Shown here piece after piece: positions 41,493-50,662 of a stretch of 54,562 bases of DNA (the stretch's first letter is position 1; each line of letters begins with the position of its first letter). The stretch is from Synechococcus sp. (GTDB taxonomy: Bacteria > Cyanobacteriota > Cyanobacteriia > Thermostichales > PCC-7336), in the NCBI GenBank assembly GCA_051439425.1, contig JBFRWD010000142.1, positions 1 through 54,562 of the forward strand, written 5' to 3'. Under the pieces are notes generated by a model. It made no database searches, had not been told where the DNA came from, and saw only the letters and a program-made list of their open reading frames with translations. Both the position numbers and the translations under genes were made by a program.

Positions 41493-42191
41493 CTAGTCCC
41501 TCTCCTGACTGGAGGGACATGTGTTCTCCTTCAATTCTGACTCGAATATTACCGGTTCCGAACCTTCTGATGACATGAGTAGCCCGGCCCATTGCCAACC
41601 AAGAGTTGTAAACTGCTCGGCAGCATCTTCAACCTGGACAGGGGTAACCTGAGCAACAGCGGCATCTGGCATGGCCATCACTCGTAAGGTAGCAAGAGGG
41701 ACTTGAAGAAATAAATTGCCCCCCAAGAAGCCCACTGTTGCCAGTATGATGCGACTGATACCGGAACCAGGCGCTATTCGGACTGGAGAGAATCTCTCTA
41801 GTAATGGGGCCAGGTGGTAGGCATCGATCAGAAAGCAACACATCAAAGCCGAAATAACGATTGCCAGTATCTGCTGCTCTCGCTCTTGGAAAATAGCCAG
41901 GATGCGACGGTGATCGTCATCCAAGCAGTCCGTGGGAATGGCAATCATCAACGCCGAAAAGATGTTAAACGGTTTCAGGAGCTGCATGGCCAAAATAGAG
42001 CCGGCCCCCAATACGACGATCGTCACCATTTCTAGCCAAACGGGCAAGACCGGTTCAGCAGAAGCCAGACCAATCGCACACAGTCCCATCCACAGGGGAA
42101 ACATCACAATACCGGCCACATGAACCCAGACATATGGATCGAACCAGCTTTGGCGCACTGTTCTATCCTCCAATAACTCCCTGTCCAGCAA
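41493..42191 (-). CDS. Conserved cyanobacterial membrane protein (low-complexity-tail type)
   Basis: SWFDPYVWVHVAG, KPFNIFS, NLFLQVP motifs; about 4 TM helices. Confidence 0.78.
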   Translation of the reverse strand: MLDRELLEDRTVRQSWFDPYVWVHVAGIVMFPLWMGLCAIGLASAEPVLPVWLEMVTIVVLGAGSILAMQLLKPFNIFSALMIAIPTDCLDDDHRRILAIFQEREQQILAIVISALMCCFLIDAYHLAPLLERFSPVRIAPGSGISRIILATVGFLGGNLFLQVPLATLRVMAMPDAAVAQVTPVQVEDAAEQFTTLGWQWAGLLMSSEGSEPVIFESELKENTCPSSQERD

Positions 42192-42309
42192 CTTCCTGTT
42201 TTTCGCTCACTCTGTGTCTGACGCACTCCACAATGGCGTTGACACGATCGCACAACCCGTGCCCCATCGAGCATCCATGTCACAACACTAAAACGACAGG
42301 TATACAACG

Positions 42310-42495
42310 CTAGCGCTTGGCCGTTTTATCCGCTGCTTCTAGGTCGCTAACGTTGAACGTGACAATCTTTTCCCAATTGCCTCCTCCAAAGATGACGGCT
42401 GCTTTTCCGTCGACGACCCGCTGCACTTGCCCTTGAAAGCGATAGTAGGTGTCGTTGGGGTTAGTAACAATAACGGATTGACCGGGCAGCAACAT
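42310..42495 (-). CDS. ndhS: NDH-1 subunit NdhS
   Basis: [47 protein letters not shown] matches the NdhS consensus. Confidence 0.93.
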   Translation of the reverse strand: MLLPGQSVIVTNPNDTYYRFQGQVQRVVDGKAAVIFGGGNWEKIVTFNVSDLEAADKTAKR

Positions 42496-42867
42496 GCAAC
42501 TCTCTCTTGGTAGGGATACGCTGTCTCATTATCTATCTCGTTCGGCTACCCGATCGTGTTTCTGTCAGATTTCCTCATGCGCCTTGGGATCGAGAAGGCA
42601 AGAGGGCGAACAGTCGAAATCTTGAGCTATCGCAATCTTTAACCATCGAAATCTTAAACTGTCGAGACGATGCAATATGCCCAGGGGTTACATCCAACAC
42701 AACAAACCTGCTAACCGTTTGGGTTAGTATGCTAACCAATGTTTTTTTGCTGACTGTTTTTTCCCAGTGCTGCAGTTGGGAACCATGCGTTCTAGGCCCT
42801 CTGAAGTCAGCTCGTCGATGCTAACCACGCTCTTTGTTGTCATACCATCACAGCCTATCGAAGCCAT

Positions 42868-43125
42868 ATGCCTCGTTTGCCTCAAACTACTGCTCACGTT
42901 CGAATTACTCGATGTTGCTGGAATTCAGGAGCGATCGAGGGAGAGGTGCAAGCGAAGGAATGGGCCTGGGAATTCTCCTGGAGTTTCAAGCAGGGAGAAT
43001 TATCGGTAGAGCCATCGCTGGGACGAGCCTTGATTCGGGAGCCGCTCAGCCGATTTTTAGAACGCTGGGACTACAATCTGGAAGCAGGAAGCAACTACTC
43101 ATTTACGATCCGCAGCGAGCTGTAA
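42868..43125 (+). CDS. DUF3146 family protein
   Basis: LPQTTAHVRI...GELSVEPSLGRALIREPLSRFLE...YSFTIR. Confidence 0.82.
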   Translation: MPRLPQTTAHVRITRCCWNSGAIEGEVQAKEWAWEFSWSFKQGELSVEPSLGRALIREPLSRFLERWDYNLEAGSNYSFTIRSEL

Positions 43126-43421
43126 TGGCTTGTCCGTTGCTGGCGGCGTAAGACCGGCTAGCTGGCCAATGTTTGCTGCGAATGAACTCACGAATGATAG
43201 GTTTCTCGCTGCAGCAATCTGATGAATGAATCACACCTAAATTGAGAGATTATTGCAACCTAAGAATACGCAATTTGGACCGGTATCCGCTGATTTGAGA
43301 GTTAAATAAGTAACTTCTCATTTGCTTTTAGAGTCCGTCTTAGGTTCCGCTGGGACTCTAGTTTAAGAATCAGCCGATCGCTTGGTGGCGAATCACCTGA
43401 CAATATCAGCATGTCCCTAGC

Positions 43422-44117
43422 ATGACTGACCTATTGCCAATGTTGATTCATCCATTCACCTCATTTTTTTCTCGGATAGTGGCTTTGATAACTTCGCGAA
43501 CCTGGATATCCTCGAAATCGTTGTGGGCTAGCCTCCTAGCTGGCTGCGTACTGTTGGCATTCCCCCTCAATCCGGCCTATGGGGCAGATGAGAACTTGGA
43601 AACCGCTACGTTTGCAGGTGGATGTTTTTGGTGCATGGAACACCCATTTGACGAGATCGATGGGGTGGTCGACACAACCGTTGGATTTGCAGGGGGAACG
43701 GTTGAAAACCCTTCCTATCGGCAGGTATCAACCGGTAAAACCGGCCACGCTGAGGTGGTTCAGGTCACTTACGATCCGGAGCGTGTTAGTTACGCAGATT
43801 TGCTGGAAGTGTATTGGGTGAATGTCGATCCTTTAGATGGTGGCGGGCAATTTTGCGATCGCGGCGACCAGTACCGCTCGGCAATTTTTGTGCATGACGA
43901 CGACCAGCTAGAGGCAGCGGAAACCTCAATCTCATCCGTCTCGGAGCAGTTCACCGAGCCAGTCACGACCCAAATTGCAACAGCCGGTGAGTTCTACCCG
44001 GCCGAGGACTACCACCAAAATTATTCCGATCGCAATCCGATTCGGTACAACTACTATCGGTTCGCTTGCGGTCGCGATCGGCGACTGGCTGAAGTCTGGG
44101 GCACCCCGGCAGAATAA
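43422..44117 (+). CDS. msrA: Peptide-methionine (S)-S-oxide reductase with signal peptide
   Basis: FAGGCFWC, TGHAEVV, FYPAEDYHQNY; the start may be further downstream. Confidence 0.95.
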   Translation: MTDLLPMLIHPFTSFFSRIVALITSRTWISSKSLWASLLAGCVLLAFPLNPAYGADENLETATFAGGCFWCMEHPFDEIDGVVDTTVGFAGGTVENPSYRQVSTGKTGHAEVVQVTYDPERVSYADLLEVYWVNVDPLDGGGQFCDRGDQYRSAIFVHDDDQLEAAETSISSVSEQFTEPVTTQIATAGEFYPAEDYHQNYSDRNPIRYNYYRFACGRDRRLAEVWGTPAE

Positions 44118-44225
44118 CCTCAACCCTTTCGAGTCTTGATAGACCTAGGCCAGATCAAACAGTTTCAGGTCGAAGCAGCCTCAAGCCTAATTCCATACCA
44201 ATCACGAACCACCAGAGAGTCCAAT

Positions 44226-44711
44226 ATGAAACGTCGCAAGCTTCTCCGTTCCGGTCTTGCCCTCAGCATCGGCCTGATGGCTGGCCTGAGCAATCGCACA
44301 GCTCAAGCTGCCAGCGAAATGTTTGAGGTCACAAAAACAGATGCAGAATGGCGGTCAATCTTAACCCCGGAACAATACGCTGTGCTTAGGGAAGAGGCCA
44401 CCGAGCGTCCGTTTGCCAATGCCTACTTCGATAACAAAACCGAGGGGGTTTACCACTGCGCGGGCTGCAATACCGCCTTGTTCTCATCCGAAACTAAATA
44501 TCAAAGCGGGACTGGATGGCCTAGTTTCTGGCAACCCATCAGTGCCGATGTCATTGGTACCAAGAGGGACTGGAAATTAGTGCTACCCCGAACGGAAGTT
44601 CACTGTGCCACCTGTGGCGGGCATCTGGGGCACGTCTTCAACGATGGTCCTCGACCAACAGGATTGCGCTACTGCCTCAATTCTGCAGCTCTGAATTTTG
44701 TTGCGGCTTAG
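44226..44711 (+). CDS. msrB: Peptide-methionine (R)-S-oxide reductase with Tat signal
   Basis: MKRRKLL signal; SGTGWPSF, HLGHVF, RYCLNS. Confidence 0.95.
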   Translation: MKRRKLLRSGLALSIGLMAGLSNRTAQAASEMFEVTKTDAEWRSILTPEQYAVLREEATERPFANAYFDNKTEGVYHCAGCNTALFSSETKYQSGTGWPSFWQPISADVIGTKRDWKLVLPRTEVHCATCGGHLGHVFNDGPRPTGLRYCLNSAALNFVAA

Positions 44712-44856
44712 TCAAAGAGCACTTACAGATCGGCCCGATACGGTCAACTAGCGTTCCGCCGGTTGACCGTTGGCAATACAGCAATCTGCTGTAAGGTCTG
44801 GAGTGCGGAGATCGTTCACGAGTTTGATTCTCCAGGAGAAATAGCCTTAGAACCTT

Positions 44857-45744
44857 CTATGGCTGATTGCCGAAAGTTACACATTCCAATCCTGGGAAGA
44901 GGGGGGCAACGTCTCGGTTGTACTTGGCTAAATAGTCTCGAAAGGAGGTGCCACCGGTTCCGATGTCGACTCCAACCAGACTGAGTTGCTGAGCGGCCAA
45001 GCCTAAGTGGGCCTGATGGAACTGGCGTTTACAGCGATCGTATTGGGCCAATAGCTCGAGCAAAGGCTGGAGATTGGGATAGTCACTGAGTTTCTGGATA
45101 GTGCTAGTGTCTGCTGGTGACCGATCGGAAATGCACCCGCATAAAGATTGGAAGTAATAGACCAAGCTGTGCAGGCGATACCGATCGAACCAATCTGCAA
45201 CTTGAGTACCGTAACGACGATTGAATTCCACTTCAGCCGGATGTAACGTGCCAGCACTATTTTGAGTGCCACCCTGCCAGTAGGGCTCGGTAATGCCGCT
45301 CATAATTTCTAAGCGACGGAATTGAGCCGATTGGAAACCACTGGTTGGGCCAATGCTAGAACGAAATTCTGAAAAAGACCTCATCGATCGCAAAATCGGC
45401 ATGGTTTGATTAGCAATGTCATACAGCGCCACCACTCGCTGGAGAAAGTAGCAGGCTTCAGTCAGATCTAGTGCCAGAAGTCGATCGCCAGAAGGCAAAC
45501 GATCGGTGATGTTGAAAGCGTGACAGAGAACATCGAGGGCGCGATCGAGATCGAGGATGGCTTGGTGGAATGTAATCTCGCACACTTGGTGAACGGCAAT
45601 AAAGAGATCTTCGTCTTGCGAGGCCGTAATCGGCTGCTTGCACTGCAGCAGTGTATCGAGACCGTGATAGTTCCAGTAGTGATTTTGGCTGATGTCTCGG
45701 GTGGGGTCGATGGGGGGCAATGGAGGTGGGATGGTATCAGACAT
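44857..45744 (-). CDS. Tryptophan 2,3-dioxygenase family protein
   Basis: YWNYHGLDTLL, EDLFIAVHQVCE, FRSSIGPTSGFQSAQFR, GTGGTS; start placed at ATG 45744. Confidence 0.85.
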   Translation of the reverse strand: MSDTIPPPLPPIDPTRDISQNHYWNYHGLDTLLQCKQPITASQDEDLFIAVHQVCEITFHQAILDLDRALDVLCHAFNITDRLPSGDRLLALDLTEACYFLQRVVALYDIANQTMPILRSMRSFSEFRSSIGPTSGFQSAQFRRLEIMSGITEPYWQGGTQNSAGTLHPAEVEFNRRYGTQVADWFDRYRLHSLVYYFQSLCGCISDRSPADTSTIQKLSDYPNLQPLLELLAQYDRCKRQFHQAHLGLAAQQLSLVGVDIGTGGTSFRDYLAKYNRDVAPLFPGLECVTFGNQP

Positions 45745-45873
45745 ACAGGCTGGTAGTCGATGACGCTGACATTGTAGCGATCGCGCCAAACATCTTCAGC
45801 TTTCCATAACAGCCATCCTCTACAGCGACTTCAGAACAACGGTCGTGTTGAGTCTTCGTTAGTCATGCCGTAT

Positions 45874-45924
45874 CTATGCCGTTTTTCATGCAGGTGTAGG
45901 ACAGTAGCATGAAAAACGCCATAG
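45874..45924. repeat. Palindromic element (18-bp arms, 15-nt spacer)
   Basis: CTATGCCGTTTTTCATGC ... GCATGAAAAACGCCATAG, one mismatch. Confidence 0.8.
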
Positions 45925-46166
45925 TGAACGGGCGCAGTTCGTTGGAGAACCTGCAACAGAATTTGTTGATTTTTCCGGTGGATGGGATGCCAGTGCGATT
46001 TAAAGAGCGATCGCTGGTGGCTGTCGGTTCGTGAATCTCCTGGGCGACCTCTCGCGTGGCCAGCGCCAAATGAAAATCGAGACCTCCAAACGATTCGGAG
46101 GGGGTTGCACTTCCGAAGACGCTACCCAAGAAGAACATCCACTCTGAAAGCTCAATACTGCTCTCA

Positions 46167-47327
46167 TCAATGCAGCGGCCCTTGCAAAATCAACGAGGAG
46201 ATCGCCTCTATAATCGCAGTCCCATCCTCACGCGCCAATTCCTCGTACCACTGCTGAGTACGAGCTGGATCGTAACCATGAATCATACGAGCCCGCTTCA
46301 ACGCTTTGAGAGTCACATCCGCAGTCCGCTCTAAACGAGCAGCTTCGTACCGTTTCAGAGCATCCACCACCCCGATATTGGTAGAAATCAGGGAAGTAGC
46401 TAGCACCCAAGCATCCTCAATCGCCTGACAGCCCCCCTGCCCCAAATCGGGAGACGTACTGTGCGCCGCATCCCCCAATAGCGCAATACGACCGTTCGCA
46501 AAAGCTGACAGCGGTTCGATGTAATGGATAGGAACACGATTCGTTGTCTCAGGTTCGAGAGTTTCAATCAAATGCTGCACGGGGTCGGCCCACCCTCGAA
46601 AATAGTGAGATAGCTCTTCTCGAACATCCCCTAGCGGCTCAGCCTCTTTCGCCAGCGGAACATCAAAGAAAAAGTAGAAGCGATCGCCACCCACCGGCAT
46701 CAACGAAGCCCGCTGCCCATCCCCCACATAAATCACCCAACTGTGTGGCGGCGCTAGGCGATCGCTAGTCGCCACCAGCCCGTTCCAATTCACGTAACCC
46801 GCATACTGACGTTCGATCGCTTGGCCAACCACTTGATTGCGAATCACAGAGTGAGTTCCGTCAGCAGCAACTAGCAGATCACCCGTTGCCCGCCGACCAT
46901 CGGCAAAAATGGCAGTCACACTATCGGCATCTTGCTCAACTCCAACACAGTTCGAGTTGAGCCGAACGGTTTCAGGCCCCACCGCCGTCAGCAACATGCG
47001 CTGTAAATCTGTCCGCGCCACCGGATAGGGACATTGCCCCGCCGCATCCACAATCGGTTGCAAGCTGAAGTCGTTCAATACATCACCGGTCTTGGTGAGA
47101 TAACTCATGCGATGCATGGGACCGCCAATAGTGGCAATCTCCTGCCCCAGTCCCAAACGATTCAGAACTTTGACCCCATTCGACCACAGCGAAATCCCGG
47201 CTCCAGCAGGGCGCAACTCACGCACGCGATCGTAAATTTCGACCTCGTAACCCACCTGCTTCAGCGCAATGGCGGCAGTCAGTCCGCCCATCCCCGCACC
47301 GATCGCGATCGCCTTGAGATTGTTCAT
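46167..47327 (-). CDS. hpxO: FAD-dependent urate hydroxylase
   Basis: GAGMGGL, GAGISLWSNGVK, PYPVARTDLQ, YAGYVNWNGLV, GDAAHSTSPDLGQGGCQA, ILQGPL; divergent from a purine permease. Confidence 0.9.
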   Translation of the reverse strand: MNNLKAIAIGAGMGGLTAAIALKQVGYEVEIYDRVRELRPAGAGISLWSNGVKVLNRLGLGQEIATIGGPMHRMSYLTKTGDVLNDFSLQPIVDAAGQCPYPVARTDLQRMLLTAVGPETVRLNSNCVGVEQDADSVTAIFADGRRATGDLLVAADGTHSVIRNQVVGQAIERQYAGYVNWNGLVATSDRLAPPHSWVIYVGDGQRASLMPVGGDRFYFFFDVPLAKEAEPLGDVREELSHYFRGWADPVQHLIETLEPETTNRVPIHYIEPLSAFANGRIALLGDAAHSTSPDLGQGGCQAIEDAWVLATSLISTNIGVVDALKRYEAARLERTADVTLKALKRARMIHGYDPARTQQWYEELAREDGTAIIEAISSLILQGPLH

Positions 47328-47579
47328 AAATCTGTACGCCAATAGGGCAGAGTACTTCACCCATCAATGCACCAATCTCAGGCAAGCGGCAAGGCAAGTT
47401 TCAACTGGTGTAGCAATTCGATCGCTATCTTGCATGCAGGTGAGCAATACTAACGATTCTGTAAGAGCAGCGCTGCAGCACTCTGTTCGGAGTAAACACA
47501 TCGCATCCGAATTTACTGTTACGTTGACCCAATCCAATTTGCAAAAACTCGTGCAGTCTCGAATTTGGAGATGCGATCG

Positions 47580-49004
47580 ATGGCAGGCAGCGACAATCTC
47601 GGCATGGAACGGGTGTTGAACTCTGGCGAACCGCCCCCCGAAGAACCGCTAGCCACAGCCACCCCCTCCAAAACCGATTTAATTTACGGCCTAGACGACA
47701 TCCCCTCGCTACAGCAATCGGTATTCGCAGCCCTGCAGCATGTCTTAGCTTGCTTCATCGGTATCGTCACCCCCTCGCTGATTATTGGTGGAGCACTGGA
47801 TTTACCCCCCGAAATCACCACCTATTTGGTCAGCATGTCGCTATTTGTGTCGGGGGTTGCGACATTTATTCAAGTGAAACGGATCGGCCCGGTGGGGTCT
47901 GGGTTATTAAGCATTCAAGGTACCAGCTTCGCTTTTATCGGCCCGATTATTGCAGCAGGGGGAGCGGCGATCGCCGCTGGAACCCCACCGGAAGATGCCC
48001 TAGGCACTATTTTTGGTCTGTGTTTCTTTGGGTCGTTTATCGAGATTATTTTTAGTCGATTTCTTCACTTAGCTGCCAAGATCATCACCCCGTTGGTGAC
48101 GGGGACGGTGGTGTCGTTGATTGGATTAACGCTGATTAACGTCGGAATTACTGCCATTGGTGGTGGCGTTCCATCCAGAGCCGCCGGGACGTTTGGCAGC
48201 CCTCAAAATTTGGGGCTGGCGGCCCTAGTTCTGGTCACCATTGTGACGCTGAACAGCAGTCGAAAGCCACTACTGAGGATGGTGTCGATCGCCGTCGGCC
48301 TGATCGTTGGCTACCTGTTTGCCATTCCAATGGGCATGGTGGATTTGAGTGCAGTAGGCAATTCCCCGGCGATTGCATTGCCAACACCGTTTCGATTTGG
48401 GTTTGGCTTTAACCCGGTGGCGTTTATTCCATTCGCCTTCTTGTTTGTCATCACCACCATCGAATCCATTGGGGATTTGACTGCAACATCGGCCATTTCC
48501 GGGGAACCCATTCAGGGAGAAACCTACATGCGCCGCATTAAAGGTGGCGTGCTGGGAGACGGCGTTAATTCCTTGCTGGCAGCCTGCTTCAACACCTTTC
48601 CCAATACAACCTTTAGCCAGAACAACGGAGTAATTCAGCTGACCGGTGTCGGCAGTCGCTACGTCGGGTATTTTATTGCGGGTTTCTTTGCGATCGCGGG
48701 GTTGTTTCCAGCAATTGGAGCCGTCATTCAGGCCGTGCCGCAACCCGTCCTGGGTGGTGCAACGATCGTCATGTTTGGCAGCGTGGCTGCTGCTGGAATT
48801 CGGATTTTATCCTCCATTCGATTTACGAAGCGATCGTCGATTATTTTGGCAACGTCTTTGGGGCTAGGGCTGGGAGTCGTCTTTGCCCCCGACATCCTCA
48901 ATGACATGCCACCCCTGGTGAAAAACATATTCTCTTCCGGGATTTCGACCGGGGGCTTGTGTGCGCTGTTCTTAAATATTGTTCTTCCGGGACCGCGCGA
49001 TTGA
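47580..49004 (+). CDS. NCS2/NAT-family xanthine/urate permease
   Basis: ALQHVLA, IQGTSFAF, ESIGD, NAT motif FSQNNGVIQLTG. Confidence 0.93.
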   Translation: MAGSDNLGMERVLNSGEPPPEEPLATATPSKTDLIYGLDDIPSLQQSVFAALQHVLACFIGIVTPSLIIGGALDLPPEITTYLVSMSLFVSGVATFIQVKRIGPVGSGLLSIQGTSFAFIGPIIAAGGAAIAAGTPPEDALGTIFGLCFFGSFIEIIFSRFLHLAAKIITPLVTGTVVSLIGLTLINVGITAIGGGVPSRAAGTFGSPQNLGLAALVLVTIVTLNSSRKPLLRMVSIAVGLIVGYLFAIPMGMVDLSAVGNSPAIALPTPFRFGFGFNPVAFIPFAFLFVITTIESIGDLTATSAISGEPIQGETYMRRIKGGVLGDGVNSLLAACFNTFPNTTFSQNNGVIQLTGVGSRYVGYFIAGFFAIAGLFPAIGAVIQAVPQPVLGGATIVMFGSVAAAGIRILSSIRFTKRSSIILATSLGLGLGVVFAPDILNDMPPLVKNIFSSGISTGGLCALFLNIVLPGPRD

Positions 49005-49217
49005 CGCACTGCATACACTCTAGGCGAGCCCTCTGCCTTCGAGCCCTCATTTTTGCGTGGTACTCAAGCGGAGTTCTTGGGGTGAGTTTTCTTCTTGCCA
49101 TGGGTACTGGCAGTACGGCGCTTATTGGAGTTATCGTCGTGCGATCCGCTAGTGAGTTCAGCCTGAGGCGATTGAAGCCATAATGATCGGTGGCATGAGA
49201 GACGGTAGCCAGGTGCA

Positions 49218-50072
49218 ATGACGTCTTACCAACAATTTGTCAGCGATCGCATCAATCTTGCCTACCTAGAATGGGGGCAAGCAGGAGACCCCGTCTTGCT
49301 GTTACACGGGCTAGGAGATACAGCACTAGTCTGGTCATCACTAGGAGAAACATTAGCCTCGGAGTTTCATGTCATCGCCCCTGACATGCGCGGACATGGC
49401 AACAGCGAGAAACCTGACCACGGCTACGAATTTTTGACGCTGATTGACGATCTAGAAGCCTTAATGGATGCGCATGGCTGGGACAGCGCACACATTGTAG
49501 GTCACTCTTGGACAGGAAAATTGGTCACGGTGTGGATGCGCCACCATCCCTCCCGATTTCGCAGTGCTATCTTGGTGGACCCGTTTTTTGTCGGGCGGTT
49601 TCCCAGCATCTTTAAGTTCACATTTCCCCTGCTATACAGGGTGCTGCCCTTTCTCAAGATGATGGGCCCCTTCGATAGCTTCGAGCAAGCAGAAACTGTC
49701 GCAAAGAGTCTGAAGCAATATCGAGGGTGGAGCACCTTACAGCAATTGGCATTTGCCGGTAGCGTCGAAGAAAAAGCAGACGGTCATTGGGGTGGGAAAT
49801 TAGCAGCAGTTGCCCGCGATCGCATTTTTGATGAAGTTCTAACCGTATCCGGTCTGACTGCAGAGAACGATATTCCGACAACGTTTGTACAGCCCCAAAG
49901 CGGGTTAAATCGAACAGAGTTACAGCTCCAGCCTTATCGTAAATTCCTCAAGAATTTGTCAATCCAGCCCGTACCGGGCAATCATTGGGCATTTCTAGTT
50001 GAACCCGATCGCTTCAATCAAATTTTGCTTGCTAGTCTTCAGAACGGGTCAGATAGTCATCCTTTGACATAA
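49218..50072 (+). CDS. Alpha/beta fold hydrolase
   Basis: LLHGLGD, DMRGHGNS, GHSWTG, PGNHW. Confidence 0.9.
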   Translation: MTSYQQFVSDRINLAYLEWGQAGDPVLLLHGLGDTALVWSSLGETLASEFHVIAPDMRGHGNSEKPDHGYEFLTLIDDLEALMDAHGWDSAHIVGHSWTGKLVTVWMRHHPSRFRSAILVDPFFVGRFPSIFKFTFPLLYRVLPFLKMMGPFDSFEQAETVAKSLKQYRGWSTLQQLAFAGSVEEKADGHWGGKLAAVARDRIFDEVLTVSGLTAENDIPTTFVQPQSGLNRTELQLQPYRKFLKNLSIQPVPGNHWAFLVEPDRFNQILLASLQNGSDSHPLT

Positions 50073-50396
50073 CTCTTGCCAGAGCTTTCTCTCGATTCAA
50101 CTCTTCCACAAACTTCCGTATTGATATCTTGACCCCAACAGTAATGATGACTTAAAAGCGATCGCTCCGAACACAGCGCCTCCTTCATTCACTCTAGCGT
50201 TCTCACGAGAGCAAAGCATTTTCTCCAGTACCAGTACTGAATTCATACGAAAAAGCAATCAATTTCTCCATGCATTTCTTGTCTCAAAATCCCAAAATCT
50301 ATAGCGATCCCTGACTATTGCAGACCGGAGATATTAACGGTTGAATTGATGGTGTGTTTATGCGGTGCGTTACCACCGCTGTTTGTGAGGTGTATT

Positions 50397-50552
50397 GTGA
50401 ATATCGATCGCATGTCTTTTTCCCAACTTCGCCAACTGGCAGAAGAGTTAAACATCCATGACTGGTCTCGCCTGCGAAAAGCAGAGCTGCGCGAGGCAAT
50501 GCAGGAAATCACCCTCCCCATTCACCCACTTGAGCTAGAAGTACAGCACTAA
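50397..50552 (+). CDS. Small Rho-termination-factor N-terminal-domain-like protein
   Basis: GAGGTG RBS before GTG 50397; MSFSQLRQLAEELNIHDWSRLRKAELREAM matches the Rho_N helix-extension-helix pattern; downstream terminator. Confidence 0.7.
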   Translation: MNIDRMSFSQLRQLAEELNIHDWSRLRKAELREAMQEITLPIHPLELEVQH

Positions 50553-50589
50553 TTCTTTACCGAATCCAGCATGTGCTGGTGAATCCTAT

Positions 50590-50624
50590 CGATCCTTACA
50601 GAAAAATCGTAAGGATCGTTTTTT
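50590..50624 (+). terminator. Rho-independent terminator
   Basis: Perfect 10-bp stem CGATCCTTAC/GTAAGGATCG followed by T6, between the small gene and convergent ppk2. Confidence 0.75.
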
Positions 50625-50662
50625 ATGGCAATACCAACACACACTTAAGGCAATTTCAGCCC

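Noticed and set aside
45863..46138. 91-aa ORF between hpxO and the TDO-like gene
   Set aside because: It runs through the palindromic element and shows no recognisable protein features
47328..47579. NtcA box or purine riboswitch in the hpxO/permease divergent region
   Set aside because: No exact GTA-N8-TAC (only GAA-N8-TAC) and no recognisable riboswitch core
48898..49218. Basic ORF MARRKLTPRTPLEY on the minus strand
   Set aside because: It overlaps the permease 3' end in antisense, and no family is recognisable
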